Origin: Thermodesulfobacteriota bacterium
GTDB lineage: Bacteria > Desulfobacterota_D > UBA1144 > Nemesobacterales > JAJCZQ01
Assembly (NCBI GenBank): GCA_965203965.1
Contig: CBDBDR010000017.1
Coordinates: 1,152,001-1,216,000 of the forward strand
Direction of reading: 5' to 3'
DNA length: 64,000 nucleotides
This document shows positions 35,435-46,302 of the stretch, piece after piece (positions within the stretch are counted from its first letter, which is position 1; every line of letters starts with the position of its first letter). Position numbers and translations under genes: made by a program. The notes under the pieces are model-generated. The model saw only the letters and a list, made by a program, of their open reading frames with translations. It did not search any database and was not told the DNA's origin.

Positions 35435-37867
35435 TCAGTGTTGCCCAGCTGGTTGTTTCATAGCCCCCTCTTGGGCGGTTCCTATCAGTTCTGGTGGAAC
35501 AAAAAGGTCTTTGAGTATATTGTCATCCGATATTATGGTTTGACTGATAACTTCATCCATGTGATCAACTAACTTTATCTCAATATCTTTTAGTATCTTT
35601 TTCGAAATATCCTTAGTATCTTTTTCGTTTTCTTTTGGAACGATCACTTTTTTAACTCCGCCCCTGTGTGCAGCCATCATTTTTTCTTTCAATCCACCTA
35701 TTGCAAGAACGTTTCCGCGAAGCGTTATTTCTCCAGTCATAGCCACGTCCTTTCTGATAGGTTTTTTAACTAGAGCACTCACGATCGCGGTTGCAATTGC
35801 AATACCTGCCGATGGACCATCTTTGGGAGTTGCTCCTTCCGGCACGTGGATGTGAATATCAACCTTCTGGTAGAAATATCTTTCCAAGCTAAGTTGTTCT
35901 GCCCTATTTCTGACGTAGCTCATTGCCGCTTGGGCGGATTCCTGCATTACCTCTCCCAGTTTGCCGGTTACTTTAAAATTGCCTTTTCCCGGAACGATAG
36001 AGACCTCTATGGTAAGAAGTTCGCCTCCCACTTCTGTCCACGCAAGTCCCGTTGCAGCACCAGTCTGGTCTTTTTCCTCTATCTCTCCGTATTTATACTT
36101 GGCTATACCAAGATATTTATGAATGTTGCTCGCATTCACTTTGACCTTGAACTTGTTTTCCTTACCTTTTTTCACAACCTCTCTTGCTACTTTTCTGCAA
36201 AGGGTTGCTATTTCTCTTTCCAACGTTCTCACACCTGATTCTCTGGTGTATTTTCTGATAATGGTCAGCAAGCCTCCGTCGTTTATGTGAAAGTTGTCAT
36301 TGGTTAAACCATGCGATTCAAGCTGTTTTCCAAGCAGGAAATTTTTGGATATTTGTAACTTATCATCCTCAGTATAGCCGGGAACCCTGATGATCTCCAT
36401 TCTATCCTGAAGTGCCCAGGGGATAGTGTGTAAGACGTTGGCAGTGGTTATGAACAGCACATTTGAAAGGTCATAATCAACCTCTATGTAGTGATCGTTA
36501 AAATTCTTGTTTTGCTCGGGATCGAGAGCTTCAAGCAACGCTGAAGCTGGATCGCCTCTAAAATCCATGCCAAGTTTGTCTATCTCGTCCAGGAGGAACA
36601 CGGGGTTCTTTGTTCCCGCTTTTCTCATGCCCTGAATTATCTTTCCGGGAAGCGCTCCGATGTAAGTTCTGCGGTGTCCCCTTATTTCTGCCTCATCCCT
36701 AACTCCGCCTAGCGATACCCTGACGAATTTTCTTCCCATTGCTCTTGCTATTGACTTTGCTAGAGAAGTTTTTCCCACTCCCGGAGGACCAACAAAGCAA
36801 AGTATAGGACCTTTGAGCTTTTCAGTTAGTACCCTGACCGCAAGGTGCTCTAAGATCCGCTCCTTGGGCTTTTCAAGACCATAGTGGTCTTCATCCAGTA
36901 TTTTTGAGGCTTCATCAATGTCAAGACGGTCTTCGGTAAATTCTTTAACCCACGGAAGTTCCATGAGCCAATCAATATAGTTCCTGACAACTGTTGCCTC
37001 AGCGGACATTGAGGACATTGTTTTGAGTTTTTTTAACTCACGCTCAACCCTTTTTTCAATCTCTTCCGGAAGTCCTTTGGTTTTAAGCCCCTCTTCAAAT
37101 TCCTGAATATCTGTTTTTAAATCATCTTTTTCTCCCAACTCTTTTTGAATGGCTTTCATCTGTTCGGTAAGATAGTATTCCCTCTGTGCCTTTTCCATCT
37201 GTTTCTTCACGCGTTTACCGATCCGCTTTTCTATTTCAAGTATCTCTACCTCTTCCTGCATTTTTCCGTATAGCTTTTCCAGCCTGTTGAGGGGATCGAG
37301 AATTTCAAGGATTGATTGCTTATCTTGCAGTTTGAGATTCAAGTGTGCCACGATGGTGTCGGATAGCCTGCCCACGTCATCCATTGAAGTAATGGTGGCG
37401 AGTACTTCATTCGGTATCTTCTTGTTTAGTTTTGTGTAACCCTCAAAAGCTCTGACCACTGATCTCGTCAGTGCGTCTGCCTCAATGCCTTTTACCTCCT
37501 CGTCTTTCTGCTCTTCTACCTTTACTACGAAAAACCTGTCGTCAGGAACAAATCCCGTTATCTTTCCCCTGCCTTTTCCTTCAACTAGAACTTTGACGGT
37601 GCCGTCGGGAAGTCTTAGCATCTGAACAATTACCCCGATCGTGCCAAATCTAAAAATGTCATTTTCCTTAGGATCGTTGACCTTTGCTTCCTTCTGTGCG
37701 GAAAGAAATATCTCCTTATTTCCCTTCATTGCTTCTTCAAGTGCTTTTATTGATCTCTCTCTGCCAACAAAAAGAGGAGCAACCATGTATGGAAACATTA
37801 CAACGTCTCTTAGAGGTAAAAGTGGTAGATGTTTTTCCTTGTTTTCTTCAAGATTTACTGTGCTCAT
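35435..37867 (-). CDS. lon: ATP-dependent protease La
   Basis: LPLRDVV (N-domain), [16 protein letters not shown] and catalytic PKDGPSAG. Confidence 0.98.
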   Translation of the reverse strand: MSTVNLEENKEKHLPLLPLRDVVMFPYMVAPLFVGRERSIKALEEAMKGNKEIFLSAQKEAKVNDPKENDIFRFGTIGVIVQMLRLPDGTVKVLVEGKGRGKITGFVPDDRFFVVKVEEQKDEEVKGIEADALTRSVVRAFEGYTKLNKKIPNEVLATITSMDDVGRLSDTIVAHLNLKLQDKQSILEILDPLNRLEKLYGKMQEEVEILEIEKRIGKRVKKQMEKAQREYYLTEQMKAIQKELGEKDDLKTDIQEFEEGLKTKGLPEEIEKRVERELKKLKTMSSMSAEATVVRNYIDWLMELPWVKEFTEDRLDIDEASKILDEDHYGLEKPKERILEHLAVRVLTEKLKGPILCFVGPPGVGKTSLAKSIARAMGRKFVRVSLGGVRDEAEIRGHRRTYIGALPGKIIQGMRKAGTKNPVFLLDEIDKLGMDFRGDPASALLEALDPEQNKNFNDHYIEVDYDLSNVLFITTANVLHTIPWALQDRMEIIRVPGYTEDDKLQISKNFLLGKQLESHGLTNDNFHINDGGLLTIIRKYTRESGVRTLEREIATLCRKVAREVVKKGKENKFKVKVNASNIHKYLGIAKYKYGEIEEKDQTGAATGLAWTEVGGELLTIEVSIVPGKGNFKVTGKLGEVMQESAQAAMSYVRNRAEQLSLERYFYQKVDIHIHVPEGATPKDGPSAGIAIATAIVSALVKKPIRKDVAMTGEITLRGNVLAIGGLKEKMMAAHRGGVKKVIVPKENEKDTKDISKKILKDIEIKLVDHMDEVISQTIISDDNILKDLFVPPELIGTAQEGAMKQPAGQH

Positions 37868-38100
37868 TACCTCACCTCCCGGTAGGTGTTATTTGAAAGA
37901 CTTCTTAGTATGTATTTATTATACATCATCTTTAAGTATTACTACCAATCAATAATTGAATTTAATACACGTTTTGATTTAGGCAATAGCGCATTTTCTT
38001 ATTCCGAATTTGCCTGCCTAATAGAATTTCATCCCTGACTGCTGATCTATACCACTTGAAGTTAAACCTGTCTTTGTTAAAATCAGCGTCTGAAACGATC

Positions 38101-39024
38101 ATGAGGGTAATAGTGGCAAAACCCAGAGGATTCTGTGCCGGTGTTGACAGAGCTATAGACATAGTAGAAAAGGCACTTGAGCAATATGGCCCGCCAATTT
38201 ATGTTCGGCATGCCATAGTGCATAATAGGAGGGTTGTTGATTCGCTCAAGGAAAAAGGGGTGGTTTTTGTTGAAGAGATAGATGAGATAAAAGACGCAAA
38301 TGCCCCCGTCATATTCAGTGCCCATGGGGTCAGTCCGGCGGTGTTTGAAGAATCCAAAAACAGAAATCTACAAGTTATGGATGCCGTCTGTCCGCTTGTT
38401 ACAAAGGTTCATAACGAGGTTAAAAACTATGCCAGTATGGATTATACAGTAGTATTGATAGGCCATAGAACCCACGTGGAAGTTATTGGCACAAGAGGCG
38501 AAGCCCCGGACAAGGTCATGGTTGTAGAATCGGTTGAGGAAGTTCTGCAACTTGAGATCAAAGATCCTGATAAAGTGGCTTATGTAACGCAGACAACCTT
38601 GAGTGTTGATGATACCAAAGAGATAATTAAAGCACTAAAGGAAAGGTTTCCGAAAATGGTCAGTCCTTCAAAGCTCGACATCTGTTATGCAACACAGAAC
38701 AGGCAGGACGCCGTAAAAGAGCTTGCGAGGCACGCGGAAGTGATCTTTATCGTAGGGTCGCACGAAAGTTCCAATTCAAACAGGTTGGTTGAAGTTGCCA
38801 AATCCCACGGTGTAGAAAACTCCTACCTGATAGAAGGTTCTGAAAATATTGATGAGAAAATGATCACTGATTGCCCCACCATAGGTTTGAGCTCGGGAGC
38901 TTCAACTCCTGAATTTGTGATAAGGGAAGTAATAAACAAACTGAAAGAACTTGGAGTTAAAGAAGTTGAGGAACTGGAAGGTAAAGACGAATATACAAGG
39001 TTTCCATTTCCCGATCCGATTTGA
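38101..39024 (+). CDS. ispH: 4-hydroxy-3-methylbut-2-enyl diphosphate reductase
   Basis: PRGFCAGV, IVHN, FSAHG, DAVCPLV, QTTL, ICYATQNRQ, SSNS and SGASTP motifs. Confidence 0.97.
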   Translation: MRVIVAKPRGFCAGVDRAIDIVEKALEQYGPPIYVRHAIVHNRRVVDSLKEKGVVFVEEIDEIKDANAPVIFSAHGVSPAVFEESKNRNLQVMDAVCPLVTKVHNEVKNYASMDYTVVLIGHRTHVEVIGTRGEAPDKVMVVESVEEVLQLEIKDPDKVAYVTQTTLSVDDTKEIIKALKERFPKMVSPSKLDICYATQNRQDAVKELARHAEVIFIVGSHESSNSNRLVEVAKSHGVENSYLIEGSENIDEKMITDCPTIGLSSGASTPEFVIREVINKLKELGVKEVEELEGKDEYTRFPFPDPI

Positions 39025-39039
39025 ATCTGAAAATACACC

Positions 39040-40371
39040 ATGTCCACTGAAATACTACGCAAAGATGCAAGAGAAATATTCAACGCGGCATTGAAGGCGG
39101 CGGATCCCGGTAGATGTATATCAGAGCACGTCTCTATTAATGAAGGTACATTAAAAGTGGATTCCCGAGAGTATCAAATTGCCGATTACAAGTCAGTATA
39201 CGTTGTTGCTTTTGGCAAAGCAGCCTCGTCAATGGCGAGATCGGTTGAGACGTTACTTGGGAACAGCATCACAGAGGGGATCGTTATTTCCAACTCCAAG
39301 CCTGATCGCTCCTTTAGTTTTATGGATTTTTATCTTTCAGATCACCCAGTGCCAGGTGATAAGAGCCTGCGATCAGCAATTAAGGTTACAAGCCTCCTTG
39401 ATAAGGCAGGTGAAGATGATCTCGTCATATTTCTAATATCGGGCGGGGGAAGTTCACTGCTGGCAATGCCGAGAGAAGGGATCAGTATAGAGGAAAAACA
39501 GAAGGTTACCATGCAGCTCCTTCTGTCGGGTGTGGATACCCACGGGCTCAACACGGTGAGAAAGAAACTTTCACAAATCAAAGGGGGAGGTTTGCTGAAA
39601 AAAGCTATCCCGGCGCAGATCATCACACTGATCCTGTCGGATGTGGTGGGAGACAAATTAGACGTGATAGCCTCGGGACCGACGTTTGCTGATACCACGA
39701 CCTTTGAAGAGGCATGGAGAGTTATAGAAGCCCTTAAACTGGAACACGTCATTCCCCCCAAGATCCTCGTGCATCTTGACAAGGGCAGAAAGGGTTTGAT
39801 ACCGAACCTGTTGAGCAAAGAAGAGCTTGGCTTTGATAATCAGCAGACGGTGGTAGTTGGCAACAATTTCAAATCGCTGGCAGAGGCGGAGAGGAAAGCA
39901 AAGGATCTTGGTTATAATACTTTGCTGCTTTCATCCCAGATAAGTGGTGAGGCAAGGGAAGTTGCAAAAGTCATAGCGGGAATAGCATTTGAAATTAAAA
40001 GACTGAATATCCCGGTAAAAAAGCCGGCTTGCATTATTTACGGCGGTGAAACAACAGTGAGCGTGACTGGCAGTGGTAGAGGCGGAAGAAATATGGAAAC
40101 TGCTATTGCTTTTTGCATGCACATAATGGGACATGAAAATATAGTAGGGCTGTTTTCAGGTACCGATGGCGTGGATGGCCCCACGGATGCAGCAGGTGCG
40201 ATCTGTGATGGAAACTCGAGACTTATGGCAAGAACGTTCAACTGGAGTGCAAGGGATCACCTTGCCGATAATAATTCATACAATTTTTTCAAAAAACTGG
40301 ATGATCTTATAAAAATAGGGCCAACGGGCACAAATGTCATGGATATTGGCATAGTTTTGATAGAAGATTAA
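39040..40371 (+). CDS. Glycerate 2-kinase (DUF4147/MOFRL family)
   Basis: FGKAA, HPVP, LISGGGS, SDVVGD, IASGPT, GGETTV, GTDGVDG and TGTNVMD motifs. Confidence 0.92.
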   Translation: MSTEILRKDAREIFNAALKAADPGRCISEHVSINEGTLKVDSREYQIADYKSVYVVAFGKAASSMARSVETLLGNSITEGIVISNSKPDRSFSFMDFYLSDHPVPGDKSLRSAIKVTSLLDKAGEDDLVIFLISGGGSSLLAMPREGISIEEKQKVTMQLLLSGVDTHGLNTVRKKLSQIKGGGLLKKAIPAQIITLILSDVVGDKLDVIASGPTFADTTTFEEAWRVIEALKLEHVIPPKILVHLDKGRKGLIPNLLSKEELGFDNQQTVVVGNNFKSLAEAERKAKDLGYNTLLLSSQISGEAREVAKVIAGIAFEIKRLNIPVKKPACIIYGGETTVSVTGSGRGGRNMETAIAFCMHIMGHENIVGLFSGTDGVDGPTDAAGAICDGNSRLMARTFNWSARDHLADNNSYNFFKKLDDLIKIGPTGTNVMDIGIVLIED

Positions 40372-40383
40372 GTTATTACCGCC

Positions 40384-41739
40384 ATGGAAAATATAAACAG
40401 CCCACTACCTCAAAGCGATGAAGCCGAAAAAGCAGTTCTCGGCTCCGTACTGATCGACAACAGTTCTATAAACGAGGTTATGGAAATTTTGCAGACGGAA
40501 GATTTTTATAAAGATGCTCACAGGAAGATATTCAACTCAATGATAGAGATTGACGAAAGTAGCAAGCCAATTGATATACTGACATTGTATGAATACTTGA
40601 AGAACAAAGGCAACCTTTTAGAGGAAGTTGGAGGGAGCTCCTATCTTACCTATTTGACAGAGTTGGTTCCTACAACTACCAACGTTTCTCACTATGCGAG
40701 GATAGTGAAGGACAAGTCCATACTGCGAAAAATAGTCATTACCTCTTTTGATATTGCACAGACTGCACAGAACGAAGATGTGGATCCTTCTCAATTTCTG
40801 GACAATGCAGAAAAAGCAATACTGGATATAGCCCAGAATCAGGTAAAGCCGGGTTTTTACAACTCAAAACAGCTTTCCCAACGGGCGCTTGAGATAATTG
40901 AAGCCACTTACGCAAAAGAGGGCTCTATTTCGGGTGTATCCACCGGGTTTGAGAAACTTGACAACCAGATGTCTGGTCTTATGAAGTCCGATCTGATAAT
41001 TGTTGCCGCAAGACCTGGTTTGGGAAAAACGTCTTTTTGTCTCAATCTCGCCTCTCATGCGGTGCTTAACAATGATCTCAAGGTTGGAATTTTCTCGCTT
41101 GAAATGTCCAGAGATCAGTTAATGCTCAGGCTTTTATCCATGAGATCCAAGGTCAACTACTCAAACATAAGAAGTGGTTACATTAGCAAGAAAGATCTGG
41201 AGTTGCTTTTCAAAGCTGCCGAGGATTACGGCAAGTCGCAACTGTTCATTGACGATTCACCCGCACTAACTGTTCTTGAAGTGAGAGCAAGGGCGAGAAG
41301 GCAGAAACGTGATAAGGGACTTGATCTGCTAATAGTAGATTATATTCAACTGATGCGAGGGCACAATAGGGCAGAGAATCGCGAAAGAGAGATCGCTATG
41401 ATATCCGCTTCACTCAAGACACTTGCCAAAGAGTTGGACATACCAGTTCTCGGTATTTCTCAACTCAGTAGACAAACCGAGACAAGATCGGACAGAAGAC
41501 CTCAGCTTGCAGATTTGAGAGAAAGTGGGGCTATTGAACAGGATGCTGATGTCGTGCTGTTCATACACAGGGGGGATGCCTACAAGAAAAACCCTGAAGA
41601 AAAGGACGGAACAGCCGAAGTAATAATTGGCAAACAGAGAAATGGGCCTGTGGGATCTATAAAACTTGCCTTTCTTGAAAAGTTTGGCATTCCAAGTTTT
41701 GAAAATCTTGCACCTGAATATGAAGATGAGTTTAACTAA
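40384..41739 (+). CDS. dnaB: Replicative DNA helicase
   Basis: AEKAVLG, AARPGLGKT, FSLEMS, VDYIQLM, DLRESGAIEQDAD and KQRNGP motifs. Confidence 0.98.
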   Translation: MENINSPLPQSDEAEKAVLGSVLIDNSSINEVMEILQTEDFYKDAHRKIFNSMIEIDESSKPIDILTLYEYLKNKGNLLEEVGGSSYLTYLTELVPTTTNVSHYARIVKDKSILRKIVITSFDIAQTAQNEDVDPSQFLDNAEKAILDIAQNQVKPGFYNSKQLSQRALEIIEATYAKEGSISGVSTGFEKLDNQMSGLMKSDLIIVAARPGLGKTSFCLNLASHAVLNNDLKVGIFSLEMSRDQLMLRLLSMRSKVNYSNIRSGYISKKDLELLFKAAEDYGKSQLFIDDSPALTVLEVRARARRQKRDKGLDLLIVDYIQLMRGHNRAENREREIAMISASLKTLAKELDIPVLGISQLSRQTETRSDRRPQLADLRESGAIEQDADVVLFIHRGDAYKKNPEEKDGTAEVIIGKQRNGPVGSIKLAFLEKFGIPSFENLAPEYEDEFN

Positions 41740-42428
41740 ACAAGAAGGGGCTTGATCTTTGCTTTTGATCTGGTCTCTTTTCTATGAAGTTCCGGGTCGT
41801 TTTGCCAGCTTTTGAACGTGTTAAAATTAGTCAAAAATCTTTTTTTAATGGAATCCCAGAAAAATTCCCAGTCGTATTTTGTTTTTCTTCCCTCGAAAAA
41901 CTGTTTGTAAAACGTGTCCCTTTCTACTGCCCATCCTTTCTCGGCAAGCCACCCCGTACGCACATAGCCGTATCCGTTGCCAAATCCCATTGCAAAATTG
42001 CCCTCCAATCCAATCCTTGAAGCGGCTTTGGTTACCAGTTCAATAAAAACATACATCGCCTCAACTGATTGATAGCCCAGATCGGGCAACTTATCTTCCA
42101 TTACGAGTAAGTTTCTCAGAAAATACATCGGATAATAAGTTGGAGAATAAAAGGATACTGATTTTGTCGGGGATTTGAGCGGCTCCCGCAGTATAATGTC
42201 CTCATCAATAATTCCGACTATAAAATCTTCCCTACAAAAGTTTCCTGTATCACCACAAAGTTCAAGTGAAGTCCTGACGTTGTTCCACTCTCTCTCTGCA
42301 ATTTTCAAGGAAATGTTTAACTCTTCGGTTCCTTTTCTTTCCTGCTCTTTTATCAGATCCTCTAACTGCATGTCGCTCACCTTGATTGTATGATTTTCAA
42401 AACATACCTTTACAGAGTTTATTATCAA
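41736..42428 (-). CDS. Hypothetical protein (the true start may be MQLEDL, near 42371)
   Basis: About 210-230 aa ORF with protein-like composition, convergent with and overlapping the dnaB stop; no family recognised. Confidence 0.7.
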   Translation of the reverse strand: MIINSVKVCFENHTIKVSDMQLEDLIKEQERKGTEELNISLKIAEREWNNVRTSLELCGDTGNFCREDFIVGIIDEDIILREPLKSPTKSVSFYSPTYYPMYFLRNLLVMEDKLPDLGYQSVEAMYVFIELVTKAASRIGLEGNFAMGFGNGYGYVRTGWLAEKGWAVERDTFYKQFFEGRKTKYDWEFFWDSIKKRFLTNFNTFKSWQNDPELHRKETRSKAKIKPLLV

Positions 42429-42693
42429 TTTAACTGATATTACTTTGGGGGATTTATGTATTTTGTTGTTTGAAAGGTAGCTAATAAGTTATCATCCCTC
42501 CAAAGGAAGGAGAATGGACTACTCAATAAGAGTTGCACTTGCAAGTTGAATTCACACTTATATATAATCTACCTTGATGTCCGTTTTTTTAATAAGAACA
42601 CAAACAAGGTTTGGATATGACACAATTCACAGAGTTAACGTAGACCAATTTGAGGGGCTGTGTAAGTTACACGACCTCTAAACTGAAATACTA

Positions 42694-43647
42694 ATGCTAA
42701 AGATGCTTTTTGTAATGGATCCGATCGGGTCCATCGATATTAAAAAGGACACGACTTTTGCGATCATGCTTGAATCACAAGCTCGTGGTCATAAGGTTTG
42801 CTATGCCGAGTTGAAAGACCTTTTTATAAAAGACGCAAAAGGATGGTCTGTTACAACAGAAGTTGAACTGAAAATGGCTGATGATGACCACTACAAGGAG
42901 TTAGGGCAGTTCACTACGCCAATTGACGGATTTGACGTAGTATGGATGAGAAAGGATCCGCCTTTCAATATGGACTACATCTATGCCACCTATATTTTAG
43001 ATATGGTTGACCATAAGCAAACCGTTGTTATCAATAGTCCAAAAGGGCTCAGAGAGTCCAATGAAAAAATATACAGTATGAATTTCAAGGACTTCATCCC
43101 CAATACGCTGGTATCAAAAGACATAGGGCGTATAAAGGACTTTATTTCTGAAGTGGATGGCAGGATAGTTGTAAAACCGCTTGACGGATACGGAGGGGAA
43201 GGGATTTTCTATGTTGGACAAGGAGAGCTTAATTCAAACTTGATTCTTGAAACTATAACAAACCGCGGATCAACTTATGTAATGGCCCAAGAGTTCATTG
43301 ATAAAGTTTACGAAGGGGACAAACGGGTAATAATGCTGAATGGAGATCCCATAGGAGCAGTTCTGAGGGTTGCCTCCAAAGGAGAGTTCAGAAGCAATTT
43401 TCACTCCGGTGGACGCCCAGAGAAAGCCATGCTGACGGACAGGGACATGGCTATATGCAATGCCGTTGCGCCTAGATTAAAGCAGGACAAACTCTATCTT
43501 GTGGGCATTGACATCGTTGGTGGATACTTAACTGAGGTTAATACCACAAGCCCTACCTGCATCAGGGAGATAAATCATTTTAGCAAGACAAAGTTAGAAG
43601 TTCAGATCGTGGATTTTGCTGAAAGCCTGTGCAACTTTAGCATTTGA
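42694..43647 (+). CDS. gshB: Glutathione synthetase
   Basis: FVMDPI, KDTT, WMRKDPPF, NEK, VKPLDGYGG, GDKRV and EVNTTSPT motifs. Confidence 0.96.
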   Translation: MLKMLFVMDPIGSIDIKKDTTFAIMLESQARGHKVCYAELKDLFIKDAKGWSVTTEVELKMADDDHYKELGQFTTPIDGFDVVWMRKDPPFNMDYIYATYILDMVDHKQTVVINSPKGLRESNEKIYSMNFKDFIPNTLVSKDIGRIKDFISEVDGRIVVKPLDGYGGEGIFYVGQGELNSNLILETITNRGSTYVMAQEFIDKVYEGDKRVIMLNGDPIGAVLRVASKGEFRSNFHSGGRPEKAMLTDRDMAICNAVAPRLKQDKLYLVGIDIVGGYLTEVNTTSPTCIREINHFSKTKLEVQIVDFAESLCNFSI

Positions 43648-43697
43648 TAAAACTGCTGTATCAGTCAAAATTACACGACTTTTTCCATCTGACAGCA

Positions 43698-43988
43698 ATG
43701 AAAATATCCAAAGAAGAAGTAAAAAAAACCGCAGAGCTTGCAAGATTAGAATTTTCAGAGGATGAACTTGAAAAATTCACCGAGCAACTTGGTGAGATAC
43801 TTGATCACGTTGAAGACCTCAATGAGTTGAACACTGAAAAAACATCTCCTCTTTCACATGTTCTGGAAATATCTACACCTTTAAGGGAAGATGAAGTCGT
43901 CCAGACGATAACAACGGATGATGCACTGGCAAATGCCCCAGAAGTAAAAGACGGATTTTTTGTCGTTCCGAAAGTCATAGAAAGTTAG
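43698..43988 (+). CDS. gatC: Asp/Glu-tRNA amidotransferase subunit C
   Basis: ISKEEVKKTAELARL, LREDEV and FFVVPKVIE motifs; directly upstream of gatA. Confidence 0.95.
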   Translation: MKISKEEVKKTAELARLEFSEDELEKFTEQLGEILDHVEDLNELNTEKTSPLSHVLEISTPLREDEVVQTITTDDALANAPEVKDGFFVVPKVIES

Positions 43989-43995
43989 ATCACAA

Positions 43996-45465
43996 TTGCT
44001 TATGGACTTACATTATCTAAGCATCGGCAAAGTTTCTCAACTGATACGCAAAAAGGAGCTTTCTCCCGTTGAAATTACAACTGCTGTTCTAGATCGTATT
44101 GACAAGCTGGATAAGAGGTTTAACTCCTACATAACTCTCCTGTCTGACTATGCGTTGAAAACCGCCAGAAAGGCAGAGGAAGAGATTGCCTCGGGTAAAT
44201 ACAGAGGGGCTCTTCATGGAATACCCATAGGACTTAAAGATATATTTGTTATGAAGGATTTTCCATCCACCTGCGGTTCAAGAATGCTCAAAGATTTTAT
44301 CTCTCCATACGACTCAACAGTGGCGGCAAAGTTGAAAAACTTCGGAGCGGTGATCATAGGGAAGAACAATATGGATGAATTTGCAATGGGTTCGTCCAAT
44401 GAAACATCCTTTTTCGGGCCAGTCAGAAATCCTTGGGATACTGAAAGAGTGCCGGGTGGGTCAAGTGGGGGTTCATGCGCGGCAACTGCATCGGGGTTAT
44501 GTCTTGCGTCAGTAGGTTCCGACACGGGTGGATCCATAAGACAGCCCAGTTCGCTCTGCGGAATAGTTGGATTAAAACCAACTTACGGAAGGGTCAGTCG
44601 TTATGGAATGATAGCATTTGCATCATCTCTTGATCAGGCGGGACCTATTACAAGAACCGTAGAAGATGCAGCGATAGTCCTAAACGCCATTTCGGGCAGA
44701 GACAAATACGATTCAACCTCTGTGGATGTTAATGTGCCGGATTTTACAACCCGTCTGAATGAAAATATAAAGGGAATTAAGATCGGGATACCAAAAGAGT
44801 ATTTTGTTGACGAGATGAATAAGGAAGTGAGATCCGCGGTCAACCTCGCGATACAGGAACTTGAGAGTTTGGGAGCGGAAATAGTTGAGATCTCATTGCC
44901 TCATACTAAGTATGCAATTTCAACCTACTACATCATAGCACCTTGTGAGGCAAGCTCCAACCTTGCAAGATATGACGGTGTTAGATATGGCTACAGGGCG
45001 GAAAGACCTGGGACGCTCCGCGAACTTTTTTTTAAGAGCAGGTCTGAAGGATTTGGAGAAGAAGTAAAGAGAAGAATAATGCTGGGAACTTATGCCTTGT
45101 CATCTGGATACTACGATGCTTACTACATAAAAGCCCAGAAAGTAAGAACACTTATAAGACAGGATTTTAAAAAGGCATGGGAAAAAGTGGACGTGATAGC
45201 TACTCCTACCTCTCACGAAACTGCATTTAAAATAGGAGAGAAAACGGATGATCCCGTAAAAATGTACCTATCTGACTTGCTCACGATACCATGCAACATT
45301 GCAGGTGTGCCCGGCATATCAATTCCTTGCGGATTAAGTCAGGATAACATGCCAATTGGACTTCAGATAATTGGCAAAGCATTTGATGAGGAAACGATTT
45401 TAAGAGTGGCAAATAATTATCAGCAGTCTACACAATGGCACCTCAAACGCCCACCGATCAATTGA
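43996..45465 (+). CDS. gatA: Asp/Glu-tRNA amidotransferase subunit A
   Basis: Amidase signature GGSSGGS, GSDTGGSIRQP, EASSNLARYDG and EVKRRIMLGT. Confidence 0.97.
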   Translation: MLMDLHYLSIGKVSQLIRKKELSPVEITTAVLDRIDKLDKRFNSYITLLSDYALKTARKAEEEIASGKYRGALHGIPIGLKDIFVMKDFPSTCGSRMLKDFISPYDSTVAAKLKNFGAVIIGKNNMDEFAMGSSNETSFFGPVRNPWDTERVPGGSSGGSCAATASGLCLASVGSDTGGSIRQPSSLCGIVGLKPTYGRVSRYGMIAFASSLDQAGPITRTVEDAAIVLNAISGRDKYDSTSVDVNVPDFTTRLNENIKGIKIGIPKEYFVDEMNKEVRSAVNLAIQELESLGAEIVEISLPHTKYAISTYYIIAPCEASSNLARYDGVRYGYRAERPGTLRELFFKSRSEGFGEEVKRRIMLGTYALSSGYYDAYYIKAQKVRTLIRQDFKKAWEKVDVIATPTSHETAFKIGEKTDDPVKMYLSDLLTIPCNIAGVPGISIPCGLSQDNMPIGLQIIGKAFDEETILRVANNYQQSTQWHLKRPPIN

Positions 45466-45522
45466 TCTTTCATGTGAGTTTGCAAATGGTCAATGAGCTC
45501 GTGGGGAATGAATACCATTATT

Positions 45523-46083
45523 CTAAAGATCGTGTAGCTCGGATTCATGCTCCTGACAAATTTGTTCAATTTCGTAATCCAGCAGTTTTTCTTTGGTCAA
45601 GCCGCACATGAATGCATCACCTTCATCAATGAAAAAGTCGCATGTTTTGCATATTCCAAACGTTCTGTTCGGATTTGAGAGTTGGAGAGATTTTAATACG
45701 TTCATAAGCACACTTTCTGCAACCTCAATGCTCCTGTCATTAAAAAAACTTTCCGAATCACTGAACGAAAGCCGTTTTAATAAATTTCTCGATTTTTCCG
45801 TCAAATGTAGCTTCACGATCCTTTTATCACCGCTTTTTGTCTCTTTCTTTAGATAACCTTTCTTTTCAAGCAGCTTTACGCTTTGAGAAGTGGTGCTTTT
45901 TGTATTGCCTAGATAAATGCTTAGTGCGGCGAGGTTATTGCTGTATTTGTTGCAGGTTGTCAGATAGCTTAAAACACTCAGGTGTATAGGTAGGAGTTCA
46001 TACGGTTTCAGGAATTTTTTCTCTTCAGAACGAAGTAAATTACTTATGCTGTCTATAAGGCTAAGCAGGTTTGTCAGACTCAT
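45523..46083 (-). CDS. MarR-family transcriptional regulator with Cys-rich C-terminus
   Basis: wHTH (TKSTTSQSVKLLEKKGYL...DKRIVKLHLT); C-terminal CKTC...CGL...ICQEH. Confidence 0.85.
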   Translation of the reverse strand: MSLTNLLSLIDSISNLLRSEEKKFLKPYELLPIHLSVLSYLTTCNKYSNNLAALSIYLGNTKSTTSQSVKLLEKKGYLKKETKSGDKRIVKLHLTEKSRNLLKRLSFSDSESFFNDRSIEVAESVLMNVLKSLQLSNPNRTFGICKTCDFFIDEGDAFMCGLTKEKLLDYEIEQICQEHESELHDL

Positions 46084-46221
46084 AATAACTAATACTATTG
46101 ACTTCAAATCAATAATGCAAACGCTAATTTTTCATTTAGTGTTGAGTCAACACTATATAAAGAAATTTCAACTGGATTGCCTATAATTGAAAATCCTGAT
46201 AGATTTAATTGTCTATTTAAC

Positions 46222-46295
46222 TGGGCCGTCGTCTAATGGCAGGACAGCGGGTTTTGGTCCCGTAAGTGAGGGTTCGAATCCTTCCGGCCCAGCCA
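46222..46295 (+). tRNA. tRNA-Gln (anticodon TTG)
   Basis: TGGGCCG/CGGCCCA acceptor stem, anticodon arm GCGGG-TTTTGGT-CCCGT, T-loop GGTTCGAATCC and encoded CCA end. Confidence 0.95.
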
Positions 46296-46302
46296 TAAAC
46301 TA

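Noticed and set aside
20203..41739. Inteins in dnaE, lon or dnaB
   Set aside because: Protein lengths are normal, and I saw no intein splice-junction or LAGLIDADG motifs.
42640..42685. Hairpin (GAGG...TGTGTAAGTTACACG...CCTC) upstream of gshB as a riboswitch or ncRNA
   Set aside because: It is a single imperfect stem with no motif I can match to a known RNA family; an Rfam/Infernal search would be needed.
46222..46295. tRNA-Gln as an integration site for an island or prophage
   Set aside because: I found no duplicated tRNA 3' end and no integrase; the flanking genes look like core genes.
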